Shown here: piece after piece, positions 25,115-34,679 of the stretch | Layout of the letters: each line of letters begins with the position of its first letter | Numbering within the stretch: the first letter of the stretch is position 1 | Origin: a virus | Virus record (IMG/VR): IMGVR_UViG_3300014039_000003 | Coordinates: 1-64,000 of that record | Strand: one strand, 5' to 3' | DNA: 64,000 bases | Notes under the pieces: generated by a model | What the model was told of the DNA's origin: nothing | Seen by the model: only the letters and a program-made list of their open reading frames with translations | The model's database searches: none | Translations under genes and position numbers: made by a program

Positions 25115-27511
25115 ATGAAGTTCAATATAGATAGTCTCGATAGAAGTTTCGTAATTGAATATAATCGTCTGCAAAATGCTTACCCGGAGAGACTGAGTGA
25201 GCTCAATGGATTTGGAGATAAACAGCTCAACTATACCGATTTCATTGATAATTTTGTTGATAAGCAGACCATAGCAGACGCGAGTATAGACGGCAACGCG
25301 AATGTTGCACACAAGGATATTGTTTCGCTCATAAATGAAATGTCAAAGCCGCATTCAAAGCTTCTGGCGTTCAACAAGATATTTCATGAGCTAACTAAGA
25401 AGTACGGACACGAGGATGCCGCTGAATGGTTGAAGGGCGAGTGGGACGGACACTTTTATCTGCACGACGCTCATAGTTCGTCTTGGGTTCCGTATTGCTT
25501 TGCTTATGATATAGACGAACTGGTGAAGCGCGGACTTTATTTTATAGATAACTTCAATGCGGCTCCGCCTCAGCACCTCAATACATACACTGATTTTGTC
25601 AGTGAGTTTGTGTCGTGGACGTGCAATAGATCCTCGGGCGCGGTTGGACTCCCGAGCTTCCTCGTTTATTCGTATTACTTCTGGAAGAAAGATTGCGACG
25701 AGGGTTACTTTGTAAAGTCTCCCGAATATTACAGAGACCAGTCTTTTCAGGAGATAATCTATCGACTTAATCAGCCTTATCTGAGGGGCGGAATCCAGTC
25801 GGCTTTTACCAACTTCTCAATATTCGACAAGCCGTATCTTGAAGCGCTCTTTGGTGGCAAAGAGTTCCCCGACGGAACATTCATTATAGATTATATTGAC
25901 GAGATTAAGGAGTACCAGAAAGCGTTTATGAAAGTGCTTTCTGATACAAGAAGAGAGAACCTTATGACATTTCCGGTCGTTTCGTTCGCTCTTCTTAGAC
26001 AGAACGGCAAGTTCGTAGACGAGGACTTTGCAAAGTGGTGCTGCCGTCATAACATGAAGTGGGCGGATAGTAACATTTTCGTATCAGAGGATGTTACAAG
26101 CTTGAGTAACTGCTGCTTTGCTGGGTCGCAGGAGGTCGTCGTAAAGTTTGGCGACGGCGAGGCGACAACCCTCTCGTTTAAAGAGCTGTGCGAAGAAAAA
26201 TACGCGGAGGCTCGAAAGAAATTATTTGTACGCTACAAGGGGCATTGGTGTCAATGTAAAGCTGTTAAACTCCCCGCAAGACCATTCTATAAGGTTATTA
26301 CTAATAATCACGACGAGATGATAGTTACTGATAATCATATAGTGCCGGTAATCGGCGGCGACCTTAGAACAACCGATCTTGCCGTGGGTTATGGTATTCT
26401 GTATGATTTAGATTGCTGCGCTCAAAAAGGAGGTATCGAGATTGATAGCGGCGGACGTCTTTATTCTACGATAAAGTCAATAGAACCAGTGGATATTGAT
26501 GAGAAGTTCTGCTATTGTCTTGAGATGTACGACAAAGATGATCCCTATTTTACTCTAGCGAACGGCATTATCACACATAACTGCCGTCTTAAGAGCAACA
26601 TAAAGGAACTTGGCTACTTCAACAGCATCGGCGGGTCGGCACTTGAGGTCGGATCCATCAAGGTAAACACAATAAACCTTGCCCGTCTTGCCTACGAGAC
26701 GACATCTGAAGAAGAGTATCTCGAAGCCCTTAAGGGTCGAGTAATTACCTGCGCAAAAACTCTTGATGTTATTAGAGATATTATGAAGCGAAACACAGAA
26801 AAGGGACTGCTTCCTAACTATGCGCTCGGTATTATCAACATGAAGTCACAGTACAACACCGTTGGTATTATTGGTGTGTACGAGGCATTACAGAAGTTTG
26901 GCTACACCTACCGCGACGAGTTCGGCAATACATATTATAAAGACGAGGGCGTGGAGTTCGCCAAGAAGATACTCGCGACAATCACCGAGACCAAAGACGA
27001 GTTTGTTAAGGACAAGGATTATATGATGAATATCGAACAGGTTCCCGGAGAGAGAGCTGCGGCTGTTCTTATGGAGAAAGACAAGCTGTTCTTCCCCGAT
27101 GAGAAATATGACCTTCCTCTGTACGGTAATCAGTGGATTCCACTCGGCATAAAGACGACCATAGCGGAAAAGGTTAGAGTGAGTGCTATTCTTGACAAAG
27201 CTTGCTCGGGCGGCAGTATAGTCCATTTGGGATTAGCTGCTCCGTTTAGTGATTTCGATGAAGCTTGGTATATGATGAACTATGTGGCAGACGCGGGTGT
27301 TAACTACTTTGCCTTTAATCTTCGTATATCAGCTTGTGACAATAACCACGGATTCTTCGGAGATACTTGCCCTGAGTGCGGACACCCCGTTGAGACAACC
27401 TATCAACGTATAGTTGGATTCCTTACACCCACCAAGACCTACTCTGAGGCGCGTAAGAAAGAGTTTGCTATGCGCGACTGGTTCGACCTTAATAATATAG
27501 GAGAACTTTAA
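25115..27511 (+). CDS. nrdD: Anaerobic ribonucleoside-triphosphate reductase (class III, NrdD) containing a mini-intein
   Basis: T4-NrdD-like sequence throughout; C-terminal C..C..C..C zinc site and RIVGF glycyl-radical motif. Confidence 0.9.
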   Translation: MKFNIDSLDRSFVIEYNRLQNAYPERLSELNGFGDKQLNYTDFIDNFVDKQTIADASIDGNANVAHKDIVSLINEMSKPHSKLLAFNKIFHELTKKYGHEDAAEWLKGEWDGHFYLHDAHSSSWVPYCFAYDIDELVKRGLYFIDNFNAAPPQHLNTYTDFVSEFVSWTCNRSSGAVGLPSFLVYSYYFWKKDCDEGYFVKSPEYYRDQSFQEIIYRLNQPYLRGGIQSAFTNFSIFDKPYLEALFGGKEFPDGTFIIDYIDEIKEYQKAFMKVLSDTRRENLMTFPVVSFALLRQNGKFVDEDFAKWCCRHNMKWADSNIFVSEDVTSLSNCCFAGSQEVVVKFGDGEATTLSFKELCEEKYAEARKKLFVRYKGHWCQCKAVKLPARPFYKVITNNHDEMIVTDNHIVPVIGGDLRTTDLAVGYGILYDLDCCAQKGGIEIDSGGRLYSTIKSIEPVDIDEKFCYCLEMYDKDDPYFTLANGIITHNCRLKSNIKELGYFNSIGGSALEVGSIKVNTINLARLAYETTSEEEYLEALKGRVITCAKTLDVIRDIMKRNTEKGLLPNYALGIINMKSQYNTVGIIGVYEALQKFGYTYRDEFGNTYYKDEGVEFAKKILATITETKDEFVKDKDYMMNIEQVPGERAAAVLMEKDKLFFPDEKYDLPLYGNQWIPLGIKTTIAEKVRVSAILDKACSGGSIVHLGLAAPFSDFDEAWYMMNYVADAGVNYFAFNLRISACDNNHGFFGDTCPECGHPVETTYQRIVGFLTPTKTYSEARKKEFAMRDWFDLNNIGEL
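26114..26581 (+). mobile_element. Mini-intein (156 aa, no homing-endonuclease domain) within nrdD
   Basis: Block A CFAGSQEVVV, block B TDNH, C-terminal ANGIITHN followed by +1 Cys. Confidence 0.7.
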
Positions 27512-27984
27512 TGCGAGTAAAAGCAATCGAAGTAGAGGCATTTGGGGACTACAAATATCCTGCGATGCTTATAGGTGCTAACGGTTGCGACTGGAAATGC
27601 GAGAGAGATTGCGGGGAGAAGCTGTGCCAAAACTCTTCCCTCGCAACTTCTCCCACCATCGAGGTTGCTCCGTATAGACTGTTTGAACTCTATCAGTCGA
27701 GCACTGTGACGAGAGCAGTTGTATTTGGCGGGCTGGAGCCTATGCTTCAGATAGAAGAGATTCTTGAGGTCATTGATTATTTTCGTCAGCGCACAGACGA
27801 CCCTATCATAATTTATACGGGGTATACTCCTGATGAAATTGAGCCTGAACTAACCGAGCTTAGGCGACACAAAAACATTATCGTAAAGTTTGGACGGTTT
27901 GTCCCCAACCAACAGCCCCACAGAGACGATGTTCTCGGGGTGATGTTGGCGAGCAATAACCAGTATGCGGAGAAGATAAGTTAA
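27511..27984 (+). CDS. nrdG: Anaerobic RNR activating protein (NrdG-like radical SAM)
   Basis: N-terminal Cys cluster GCDWKCERDC; position after nrdD (ATGA overlap). Confidence 0.6.
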   Translation: MRVKAIEVEAFGDYKYPAMLIGANGCDWKCERDCGEKLCQNSSLATSPTIEVAPYRLFELYQSSTVTRAVVFGGLEPMLQIEEILEVIDYFRQRTDDPIIIYTGYTPDEIEPELTELRRHKNIIVKFGRFVPNQQPHRDDVLGVMLASNNQYAEKIS

Positions 27985-27993
27985 GGAGGCAAT

Positions 27994-28272
27994 ATGGAAG
28001 ATAAACTTACAATTAAATTTGAATTAAAGGACGAGTACGGCTTCACCCACACGTCGTCGTCAGAGTTTCAGGTGTATAGCGATTTTGGTGACACGACCGT
28101 TGACCTGATAGGGCAGTACCTTAACACTTTCCTTGTGCAGTGTGGCTATGCGAGGCGAGACAATATTTTTATGGAGTCTCTAACAGACGATGAGCTTGAA
28201 GCAGTAGCCTATTTTCTTGAGGATTATAGACTGGACAAAAAGAATAAGGAGAAGAATAATGAAGAAGATTAA
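27994..28272 (+). CDS. Hypothetical acidic protein
   Basis: ORF. Confidence 0.4.
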   Translation: MEDKLTIKFELKDEYGFTHTSSSEFQVYSDFGDTTVDLIGQYLNTFLVQCGYARRDNIFMESLTDDELEAVAYFLEDYRLDKKNKEKNNEED

Positions 28273-28690
28273 AATAAAGTATCACGACGCGGACATGGAG
28301 CGTCTTCAGAAAATATCACAGGGCGACTGGATAGACCTCAGAGCTGCCGAAACTGTAGAGCTTAAGAGGGGAGAGTTTAAGCTTATATCTCTTGGCGTGT
28401 CTATGAAGCTCCCCGACGGTTACGAGGCTCATGTTGTGCCGAGAAGCAGCACATACAAGAACTTCAAGGTCATACAGGCTAACAGCATGGGAATTATAGA
28501 TAACAGCTACAGCGGTGACGACGATGTGTGGATGTTCCCCGCGATAGCTCTTGAAGATACAAAAATTGAAAAGGGCGATAGAATATGCCAGTTCCGCATA
28601 GTAAAATCTATGCCTAAAGTGCAACTCGACGAAGTGGAACACCTTGACGACCAGTCCAGAGGCGGGTTTGGCTCTACAGGAGTAAAATGA
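28259..28690 (+). CDS. dut: dUTP diphosphatase
   Basis: [10 protein letters not shown] (motif III) and RGGFGSTG (motif V). Confidence 0.85.
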   Translation: MKKIKIKYHDADMERLQKISQGDWIDLRAAETVELKRGEFKLISLGVSMKLPDGYEAHVVPRSSTYKNFKVIQANSMGIIDNSYSGDDDVWMFPAIALEDTKIEKGDRICQFRIVKSMPKVQLDEVEHLDDQSRGGFGSTGVK

Positions 28691-29121
28691 TGAAGAATAA
28701 CAAGCTTTTATTTTATGTCTTGTCGTTCACTTGGGGCTTACCTATGACGCTTATAGGTGTGGTCGCCGCCGCAGTTATGCTGTTACTCTTCAGAAAGCCG
28801 GAGCTGTGTGGCTATTGTATAAGATTCAGAATTGGCAACGGCTGGGGTGGCGTATCGCTTGGACTGACGATAATTACGGACAACCAGTCAGAGAGCGAGA
28901 TTACATACCATGAACACGGTCACGCAATTCAGAACACACTCTACGGCTTCTTTATGCCGTTCCTCGTGTGTATTCCCTCAATGATACGGTATTGGTATAG
29001 AGAATATCTCGTGCGGATAAAGGGGTATAGATACAGTTCTCTGCCCGCCTACGACGACGCATGGTATGAGGGACAGGCGACCAGATGGGGTACGGAACTT
29101 ATGGCAAATCTCGGACGGTAA
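28687..29121 (+). CDS. Membrane protein with HEHGH (HExxH zincin-like) motif
   Basis: 2 N-terminal TM segments, [10 protein letters not shown]. Confidence 0.5.
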   Translation: MMKNNKLLFYVLSFTWGLPMTLIGVVAAAVMLLLFRKPELCGYCIRFRIGNGWGGVSLGLTIITDNQSESEITYHEHGHAIQNTLYGFFMPFLVCIPSMIRYWYREYLVRIKGYRYSSLPAYDDAWYEGQATRWGTELMANLGR

Positions 29122-29211
29122 TTTTAGCCTACAAGTTAACTCATGAGATGTTTAGGCTTCAAGTTTGCAATCTAAATACAGCAAAAAATAGGGTAAAATA
29201 AAGAATAATGG

Positions 29212-29239
29212 TTGACTTTCTTTTCTAATGTGTTATAAT
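29212..29239 (+). promoter_or_regulatory. Consensus promoter P1: TTGACT-16-TGnTATAAT
   Basis: TTGACT 29212-17, TATAAT 29234-39 with TGT extension. Confidence 0.6.
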
Positions 29240-29276
29240 TCCAATTAAGAACCTCTTGGTTCCTATACACCTATTT

Positions 29277-29308
29277 AAGAGCGGCTTTGCTTGTGCAAAG
29301 CCGCTCTT
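29277..29308 (+). promoter_or_regulatory. Perfect 32-bp palindrome (14-bp arms, 4-nt centre) between tandem promoters; operator or RNA hairpin
   Basis: AAGAGCGGCTTTGC ttgt GCAAAGCCGCTCTT; no U-tract follows. Confidence 0.5.
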
Positions 29309-29323
29309 GTCCTATAAAGGGTA

Positions 29324-29351
29324 TTGACAATATATTTCTATAAGTTATAAT
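29324..29351 (+). promoter_or_regulatory. Consensus promoter P2: TTGACA-16-TATAAT
   Basis: TTGACA 29324-29, TATAAT 29346-51. Confidence 0.6.
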
Positions 29352-29388
29352 TAGCTTGTGGATAAAACAAATAGCAAGGAGGAGCCTT

Positions 29389-29634
29389 ATGACTTTAGAG
29401 AAGTATTTTGAGAAGACTGGTAAAATTTATGGCGTTTCAAGTAAGTTCGATTTCGGCGAGTGGCATCACCGATTAGCCGAGTTTGACAGCTTGGAAGAAG
29501 CCTACAAGTGGCTTAACACTGAAGAAGGTGACTTCCGCACAAGAGAGATTGGGTCGAAGACTCACATCGCTAAGATTGCTGGTATAACCCCGCAAAAGTT
29601 AGACGAGGAACTGAAGCCTTATTTTATGAGGTGA
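29389..29634 (+). CDS. Hypothetical protein (81 aa) driven by tandem consensus promoters; last gene of plus-strand arm
   Basis: AGGAGG RBS 6 nt upstream of ATG. Confidence 0.5.
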   Translation: MTLEKYFEKTGKIYGVSSKFDFGEWHHRLAEFDSLEEAYKWLNTEEGDFRTREIGSKTHIAKIAGITPQKLDEELKPYFMR

Positions 29635-29642
29635 TTTAGGTT

Positions 29643-29686
29643 AAAAACGCGGGTAGGGATTTCTCCCTACCCGCGTTTTTTATTTC
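29643..29686. terminator. Bidirectional rho-independent terminator at convergence of early (+) and late (-) arms
   Basis: AAAAACGCGGGTAGGGA tttc TCCCTACCCGCGTTTTTT. Confidence 0.85.
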
Positions 29687-29688
29687 AC

Positions 29689-30012
29689 TTAGCCTTCTTC
29701 GTTCTCGTTTGCGTCTTCGTCGGGCTCTACTTCACTCTGCTCTTTAGCATTGCCCTGAGCGTGAAGAAACTCGTCCGCTGCCTGAGCTGCCGCAGTAAAG
29801 CTATTGTTCTTCCAATAGCTGACGACGCCAGTTACAATGGCGAGCACGACGCTGACTATTGCGTACAGCTGATTCTCATCAAAGCTGATACCCGCAACGC
29901 CAAATGCACCGAGTGTAAGGTTGACAAGAGAGCCTACCATAAGGATAAGGCGAACCCAAGTGCCGACCGACACATTGCTAAGATTCTCAACGATGTCTTT
30001 AAATTTCTGCAT
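29689..30012 (-). CDS. Holin (2 TM, charged C-terminus)
   Basis: Hydrophobic segments + acidic tail; adjacent to endolysin. Confidence 0.6.
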   Translation of the reverse strand: MQKFKDIVENLSNVSVGTWVRLILMVGSLVNLTLGAFGVAGISFDENQLYAIVSVVLAIVTGVVSYWKNNSFTAAAQAADEFLHAQGNAKEQSEVEPDEDANENEEG

Positions 30013-30016
30013 AATC

Positions 30017-30301
30017 TTACCTCCCGAGTATAAATGCGATAAAGGCTGTCACAGCAGCACCGATAAGGGCAGACACAATGGTCTCCCAACGCTTACTGGG
30101 ACGGTCTTTTAAATCGTCTATTGCTTGCTGAAGCTTTCCGAGGGTCTCAATAACCGTATTAAGCTTAGAGGTTACAACGCTCTGAGTTTTATCAATTGCG
30201 TTGACCTCGCTGCTAAGAGTGGTATATTCTTTTTCAAGCACCTCGACGCGCCTCTTAAGGCTCTTTATCTCTGCTTCCAAGGCGTCCATACTGATTGCCA
30301 T
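30017..30301 (-). CDS. XhlA-like coiled-coil protein with C-terminal TM (lysis accessory)
   Basis: Coiled coil then single TM at C-terminus. Confidence 0.5.
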   Translation of the reverse strand: MAISMDALEAEIKSLKRRVEVLEKEYTTLSSEVNAIDKTQSVVTSKLNTVIETLGKLQQAIDDLKDRPSKRWETIVSALIGAAVTAFIAFILGR

Positions 30302-31314
30302 TATGATACCTCCTCAAGATATTTAATAGCAACCCACGACATGATATCTGAAAGCAGAGCCTCCTTTACGCCGCCGTTTGTTTGAATTTTTGAGACCTTA
30401 TGTTTTGTGGGCGCGAGCTGAGCTTTAGGAACAGCCTTACCCCTTGTGTTGGAGAGTCCACCGTAAACCGCACCCGACTTAATTGTTACTGTGGAGCCCA
30501 CGCCTATTTCTCTTGATACACCCTTAACCACCGAAAGGTCTGCCGCGTATACCCATGAGTTAATCTCCTTAAGCAAAACTTTGTTACCATTCACAGACTT
30601 AACTGTGTGTTTACGGAGCTTAACCCATACAGGAATACTCTGACCCGTAGCGTACTTCTTACCCGTAATCTTAACGACATCTCCCGCTTTTATAGCAGAA
30701 GTGGACGAGGTAGGGGTGGAAGGCGTTGTTGGCGCAACAGATGGGGTGCTCGTCGCCGACTTTTTAAGTCCATATACAGAAGCAACCGCATCGGCTATTG
30801 CAATACCGCATTGTTTCTGCCCAGACGCGTTCTCAACGTGTTTACGGTCAGAGGCTGTGTCAATAAAAACGGTCTCGACGAGGAGGCTCTGACATTTAAC
30901 CTCTCTGACGAAACCAAAGTAGTTTGTGTTATTTTGCACCTTAACTTTTGCTCCACGGTTCGGGATGCCGAACTTAGTAGCAATGCTCTTACTGATTGCA
31001 CCGGCTATTGCTTTACCGGCGTTGTTGCCTACTTTATAGTAGACTTCAGATCCGGTGCCGTGGGCGGCGTTAAGATGTATCTCCATAGCAAGGTCGTACT
31101 TGCCAGCGTTTATAGTCTTAATGCGACTATAAAGGCTCTTGTCTGCGTCGTAATTTATCAGCGTTACATTACAGCCATACTCACGAAGAGCTGCCGCTGC
31201 ATACTTGCCGATCTCACGACCGATTTTAAATTCTTGAAAATTGCCACTACACGCACCGCTGTCGTAGCCGCCTTTTTCGTTTTTACCGTGTCCGATAGAC
31301 ATAGCTATGTTCAT
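30301..31314 (-). CDS. Endolysin: N-acetylmuramoyl-L-alanine amidase (Amidase_3-like) with C-terminal cell-wall-binding region
   Basis: N-terminal amidase core (SIGHG...E..H..N...G.E.H pattern), Pro/Thr/Ser linker, SH3-like tail. Confidence 0.75.
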   Translation of the reverse strand: MNIAMSIGHGKNEKGGYDSGACSGNFQEFKIGREIGKYAAAALREYGCNVTLINYDADKSLYSRIKTINAGKYDLAMEIHLNAAHGTGSEVYYKVGNNAGKAIAGAISKSIATKFGIPNRGAKVKVQNNTNYFGFVREVKCQSLLVETVFIDTASDRKHVENASGQKQCGIAIADAVASVYGLKKSATSTPSVAPTTPSTPTSSTSAIKAGDVVKITGKKYATGQSIPVWVKLRKHTVKSVNGNKVLLKEINSWVYAADLSVVKGVSREIGVGSTVTIKSGAVYGGLSNTRGKAVPKAQLAPTKHKVSKIQTNGGVKEALLSDIMSWVAIKYLEEVS

Positions 31315-31343
31315 ATTTAATCCTCTCTTTCTATGCTATCTTT

Positions 31344-31958
31344 TTATTCGCCGCTTTGGCAGCGACACATAACAATCTTATAGTCACCGGCTCCCAAAAT
31401 ACGAGTAGCCGTTGCATAAACCATTAGTTTGCCATTCTCGTAATACATAGTACCATTATAACTGGCTGAGCTTAGTTTGTTTGTTTTTCCCGCCACATAT
31501 ATGTTTGTGCCTCCACCCGAGCGCACGGAGAGCCCATACATAAATCCGCCAATTGCGATGTTTCCGCTCATATTGAGTAGAATATAATTGTTGGTTTGTT
31601 GTGTTGTTGTTGGGAATAACATAACAACAAAGTCATCATCGGCGTGGTGTTCTGTTAAGAACTCGTCGTTCTGAAGCACCGTCGTTACTGTGGTTGCATC
31701 GGATGACAAGGTAAAGTCCACAGTTTTTATTTGAGTCGCTCCTTGCGCCACAGCGACAACAACTGACGCAAAATCGGTTACGTCATATGTTCCGTTAGCT
31801 GTTATCTGCTTTGTGCCGCTCGGACCCGCCCCGCCATCCTGAGTGTTCTTTACGACAATATCTCCCTCGCAATACTTACCGGCAGTTTTAAGTGTCTTTG
31901 TTGAATCTGTTGAGATATTTGCAATAACACTATTCTTATATGTGATTTCGACAGACAT
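31344..31958 (-). CDS. Tail fibre-associated protein
   Basis: Position downstream of tailspike; Gly/Thr-rich. Confidence 0.45.
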   Translation of the reverse strand: MSVEITYKNSVIANISTDSTKTLKTAGKYCEGDIVVKNTQDGGAGPSGTKQITANGTYDVTDFASVVVAVAQGATQIKTVDFTLSSDATTVTTVLQNDEFLTEHHADDDFVVMLFPTTTQQTNNYILLNMSGNIAIGGFMYGLSVRSGGGTNIYVAGKTNKLSSASYNGTMYYENGKLMVYATATRILGAGDYKIVMCRCQSGE

Positions 31959-33772
31959 TAGCTCGTACCTCCGTCATATTTGGGTAATGTGGCGAGTGTG
32001 AGATATCCTTGATTTTTTACCCATGTTTGTGTTACCTCCTGCGACGGAACATTAACTATTTGTTTATAATCTACCTTAATACCACTTGCTAATGTGCCTA
32101 CTTGCTCATATGTTAGATCCTCGTTAACTGTTATAATGGGAGCACCATCGCTGGTAACGGAGTAAACATTAAGCTTGAAATATGCCGCCGCATCGTTCGC
32201 AATCGTAAACTGACATCCGTTCTCGCCCGCTACATAATCCTTAACAAAGTAATATGATTTATTGTCAATAAGATTTCCGCGATTAACAAGCGTTAATTTC
32301 GAGTAATCGTTCTTATACAGAATTACCCGGCAATTATCATCGCCGGGATCAAAAGAAATACCCTTTAATCTAATAATCGCTCCTACGCTACAAGGAATAA
32401 ATCCTGTACAAAGAAGACCGCTTGCGGTGGAAAGCGTTGTACCATCCGTTCCCCACATTTTCCCAATTTGATAACCAGCTTCACCAAATACACTTCCATC
32501 AGTTGCAGTTGCAGTGGGCAACCTGTTTGTGAACTGCGGGACAAGTGTTGTTTGAAAAGTAGCATCATACGCTTCTTTCAAAAGTAGCTCCTTGTTTTCT
32601 GAACCTGTGAAGAACATAGGCGTATCGCCGATAGGCTTAAACCAACGAGTAAATGGCTCTTGCAAAATGGTTATTTTTTCAAGATTGCTATCTGTATCGG
32701 TGTAAATCAACCTCCGAATGTCATAAGAAGGCATTTCATAATAAAAGAAATCATTAAGAATTGTCCCACTACAATTTCCAGTCATTGCTATATGCTGATA
32801 TATACATCCCGTAGAGGTGTCGCCACTCCAAAGTGTATTATTCGAGTTCCAATCCCACACTCTACTACCGCTGAGATCTGTGTTTCGAGACCGAATAAGT
32901 TGAATTCCATATTTAGCGTAAGAGACATTTGTGCCAGCTGTTGTAAGTGCTGGACGCGGCTGTATGGTGGCAGATATATACGCATTATTGCAATCCTCTA
33001 AGCATACGCCAATTTCGCAGGCGTCAATTACAGCCTCGATACGAGCCTCGTGGCACCAACCAGACCCAACCATCTTGGCGTGTATTCCAAAGGCAAAAGC
33101 CCCCGCAATTCGTATACCCGAGAAATTTAACCCCCAAATAAAGGTGGAAGTTGCCGAACTATCTGCTTCTATGTAAACAGCTGTACCGCTACAAGTTCCA
33201 TCTACAGAATAATGAAACCCCCTACTGTCTGTCTTGGTGATACAGACATCTGTAATATAGCGCCCGGTTTTCCACTGAGGATCCCACTTGTTATACGGCG
33301 GTACGTCGGTTACGCTATTATCAAGCGAGGAAGCAACATAGATGACACTTTTGCTAAATTCGTAAGGAACTCTTATCACTGCGTGGTTTCCTTTAAGATA
33401 AGCTGACATTTTCATAGCTATGCAATTTTCTGACGTCTGCGTAAAATCAAGCACAGTATCGGTATTCAATTCTAACCTACACGCGTCGCGAATTGTCAAC
33501 ACATCAGAAAGTTTGTATGTTCCCGCAGGAACATATACACACCTGTATTGAAGTAGTGCCGTTTGGAAAGCCGCCGTATCATCCGTTACCCCATCTCCTT
33601 TCGCGCCGAGGGTTCGGACATTGACCCCCCCCATAAGTTTTACCCCGCTTAATTGTGTAGCCATAATATCGACCTTGGCTTCCTCTGTAACAAGAACATC
33701 ATTCTCAGTTAAATAAGTTTTTAAGGTACTTTTTGCATTTTTTATGCGCTCAATTTCTGAGTTTATACTCAT
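31958..33772 (-). CDS. Tailspike/depolymerase with pectate-lyase-fold (right-handed beta-helix)
   Basis: VRTLGAKGDGVTDDTAAFQTAL signature of Pectate_lyase_3/GH28-like tailspikes. Confidence 0.75.
   Translation of the reverse strand: MSINSEIERIKNAKSTLKTYLTENDVLVTEEAKVDIMATQLSGVKLMGGVNVRTLGAKGDGVTDDTAAFQTALLQYRCVYVPAGTYKLSDVLTIRDACRLELNTDTVLDFTQTSENCIAMKMSAYLKGNHAVIRVPYEFSKSVIYVASSLDNSVTDVPPYNKWDPQWKTGRYITDVCITKTDSRGFHYSVDGTCSGTAVYIEADSSATSTFIWGLNFSGIRIAGAFAFGIHAKMVGSGWCHEARIEAVIDACEIGVCLEDCNNAYISATIQPRPALTTAGTNVSYAKYGIQLIRSRNTDLSGSRVWDWNSNNTLWSGDTSTGCIYQHIAMTGNCSGTILNDFFYYEMPSYDIRRLIYTDTDSNLEKITILQEPFTRWFKPIGDTPMFFTGSENKELLLKEAYDATFQTTLVPQFTNRLPTATATDGSVFGEAGYQIGKMWGTDGTTLSTASGLLCTGFIPCSVGAIIRLKGISFDPGDDNCRVILYKNDYSKLTLVNRGNLIDNKSYYFVKDYVAGENGCQFTIANDAAAYFKLNVYSVTSDGAPIITVNEDLTYEQVGTLASGIKVDYKQIVNVPSQEVTQTWVKNQGYLTLATLPKYDGGTS
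33615..33621 (-). repeat. G7 tract (coding strand) inside tailspike ORF
   Basis: ccccccc on plus strand. Confidence 0.8.
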
Positions 33773-33786
33773 ACGCCAACGCCTCC

Positions 33787-34668
33787 TTAAATTGCTGCGA
33801 GAGCTGTCTCAATATCATTGGTAAGAGTAACTGTACCACCAGAGGTTTTACCCGCAGGAATAGTGTAACTGGTCGTCATCAAGCCGTCTATCGTCCCTGT
33901 CAGAGTACCGTTGTCCGCCATAATACCCTCAATGACCGAGCCATCGGCGGCGACTATTTTCTTGCCGTCCACGACATCTCCGGCAGCAGCGGTAACGCCG
34001 CTAACATCCTGATATTTGTCGGGTATAGCCCCAACCGTGACCTTGCTAAGCACCTTACCCGCCGTCGGCGTGATATCCTGCGCCGCTTTAGTAGGTGTGG
34101 CGGTCTTGGTTTCGAGCACTATATTAACTGCGCCTTCGCCGTTGTGTATTCCCGCAGGTACGGCGTAAGACTGGTTGTCCTTAGTAGCGTCTAATATCTT
34201 TGTGACCGCGCCGTTATCGGTAAGCGTACCCGTAGCGGTTGTGCCGTCCGATTTAACAAACACCTTGTTAGCACGAACATCGCCCTCTTCGGTGGTCGTC
34301 GCGCTAACATCTTGATAATTTTCGGGGATTGCGCCGACGGTGACTGCGGATAAGCCATAGTAGCCTTGGTCGGGCGATATAGACTGCTGTTCTTTGGTCG
34401 GAGTTACGGATTTTGTCTGCAAGTTGTAGTTGCCGCCGCCAGAGACGCCTTTAACAGTACCACTACCGTTGTGATATCCAGCAGGGATAGTATAGCTCTC
34501 GCCTTCCTTAACGCTTGCGTCAACCGCGCCCTGATTCTTAATAGCGGCGGCTTTGGTCGCCAGCTCATCAAGCTTGTCCGTACTCGTGGCAAGACCCAAC
34601 CCGACAAGCCATGTTCTTATCTTATTTCTCGCGTTTTGCAGTCTGGTAATTTCTATCTGTGTGCTCAT
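33787..34668 (-). CDS. Tail fibre protein with three ~60-aa internal repeats (..VTVGAIP(E/D)(N/K)YQDVS..)
   Basis: Internal repeat structure, coiled N-terminus. Confidence 0.6.
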   Translation of the reverse strand: MSTQIEITRLQNARNKIRTWLVGLGLATSTDKLDELATKAAAIKNQGAVDASVKEGESYTIPAGYHNGSGTVKGVSGGGNYNLQTKSVTPTKEQQSISPDQGYYGLSAVTVGAIPENYQDVSATTTEEGDVRANKVFVKSDGTTATGTLTDNGAVTKILDATKDNQSYAVPAGIHNGEGAVNIVLETKTATPTKAAQDITPTAGKVLSKVTVGAIPDKYQDVSGVTAAAGDVVDGKKIVAADGSVIEGIMADNGTLTGTIDGLMTTSYTIPAGKTSGGTVTLTNDIETALAAI

Positions 34669-34679
34669 GATTAACCCCC

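Noticed and set aside
29122-29211. tRNA or attP in the gap before the tandem promoters
   Set aside because: No cloverleaf-compatible GTTC-type T-arm or acceptor pairing found by eye; AT-rich spacer only.
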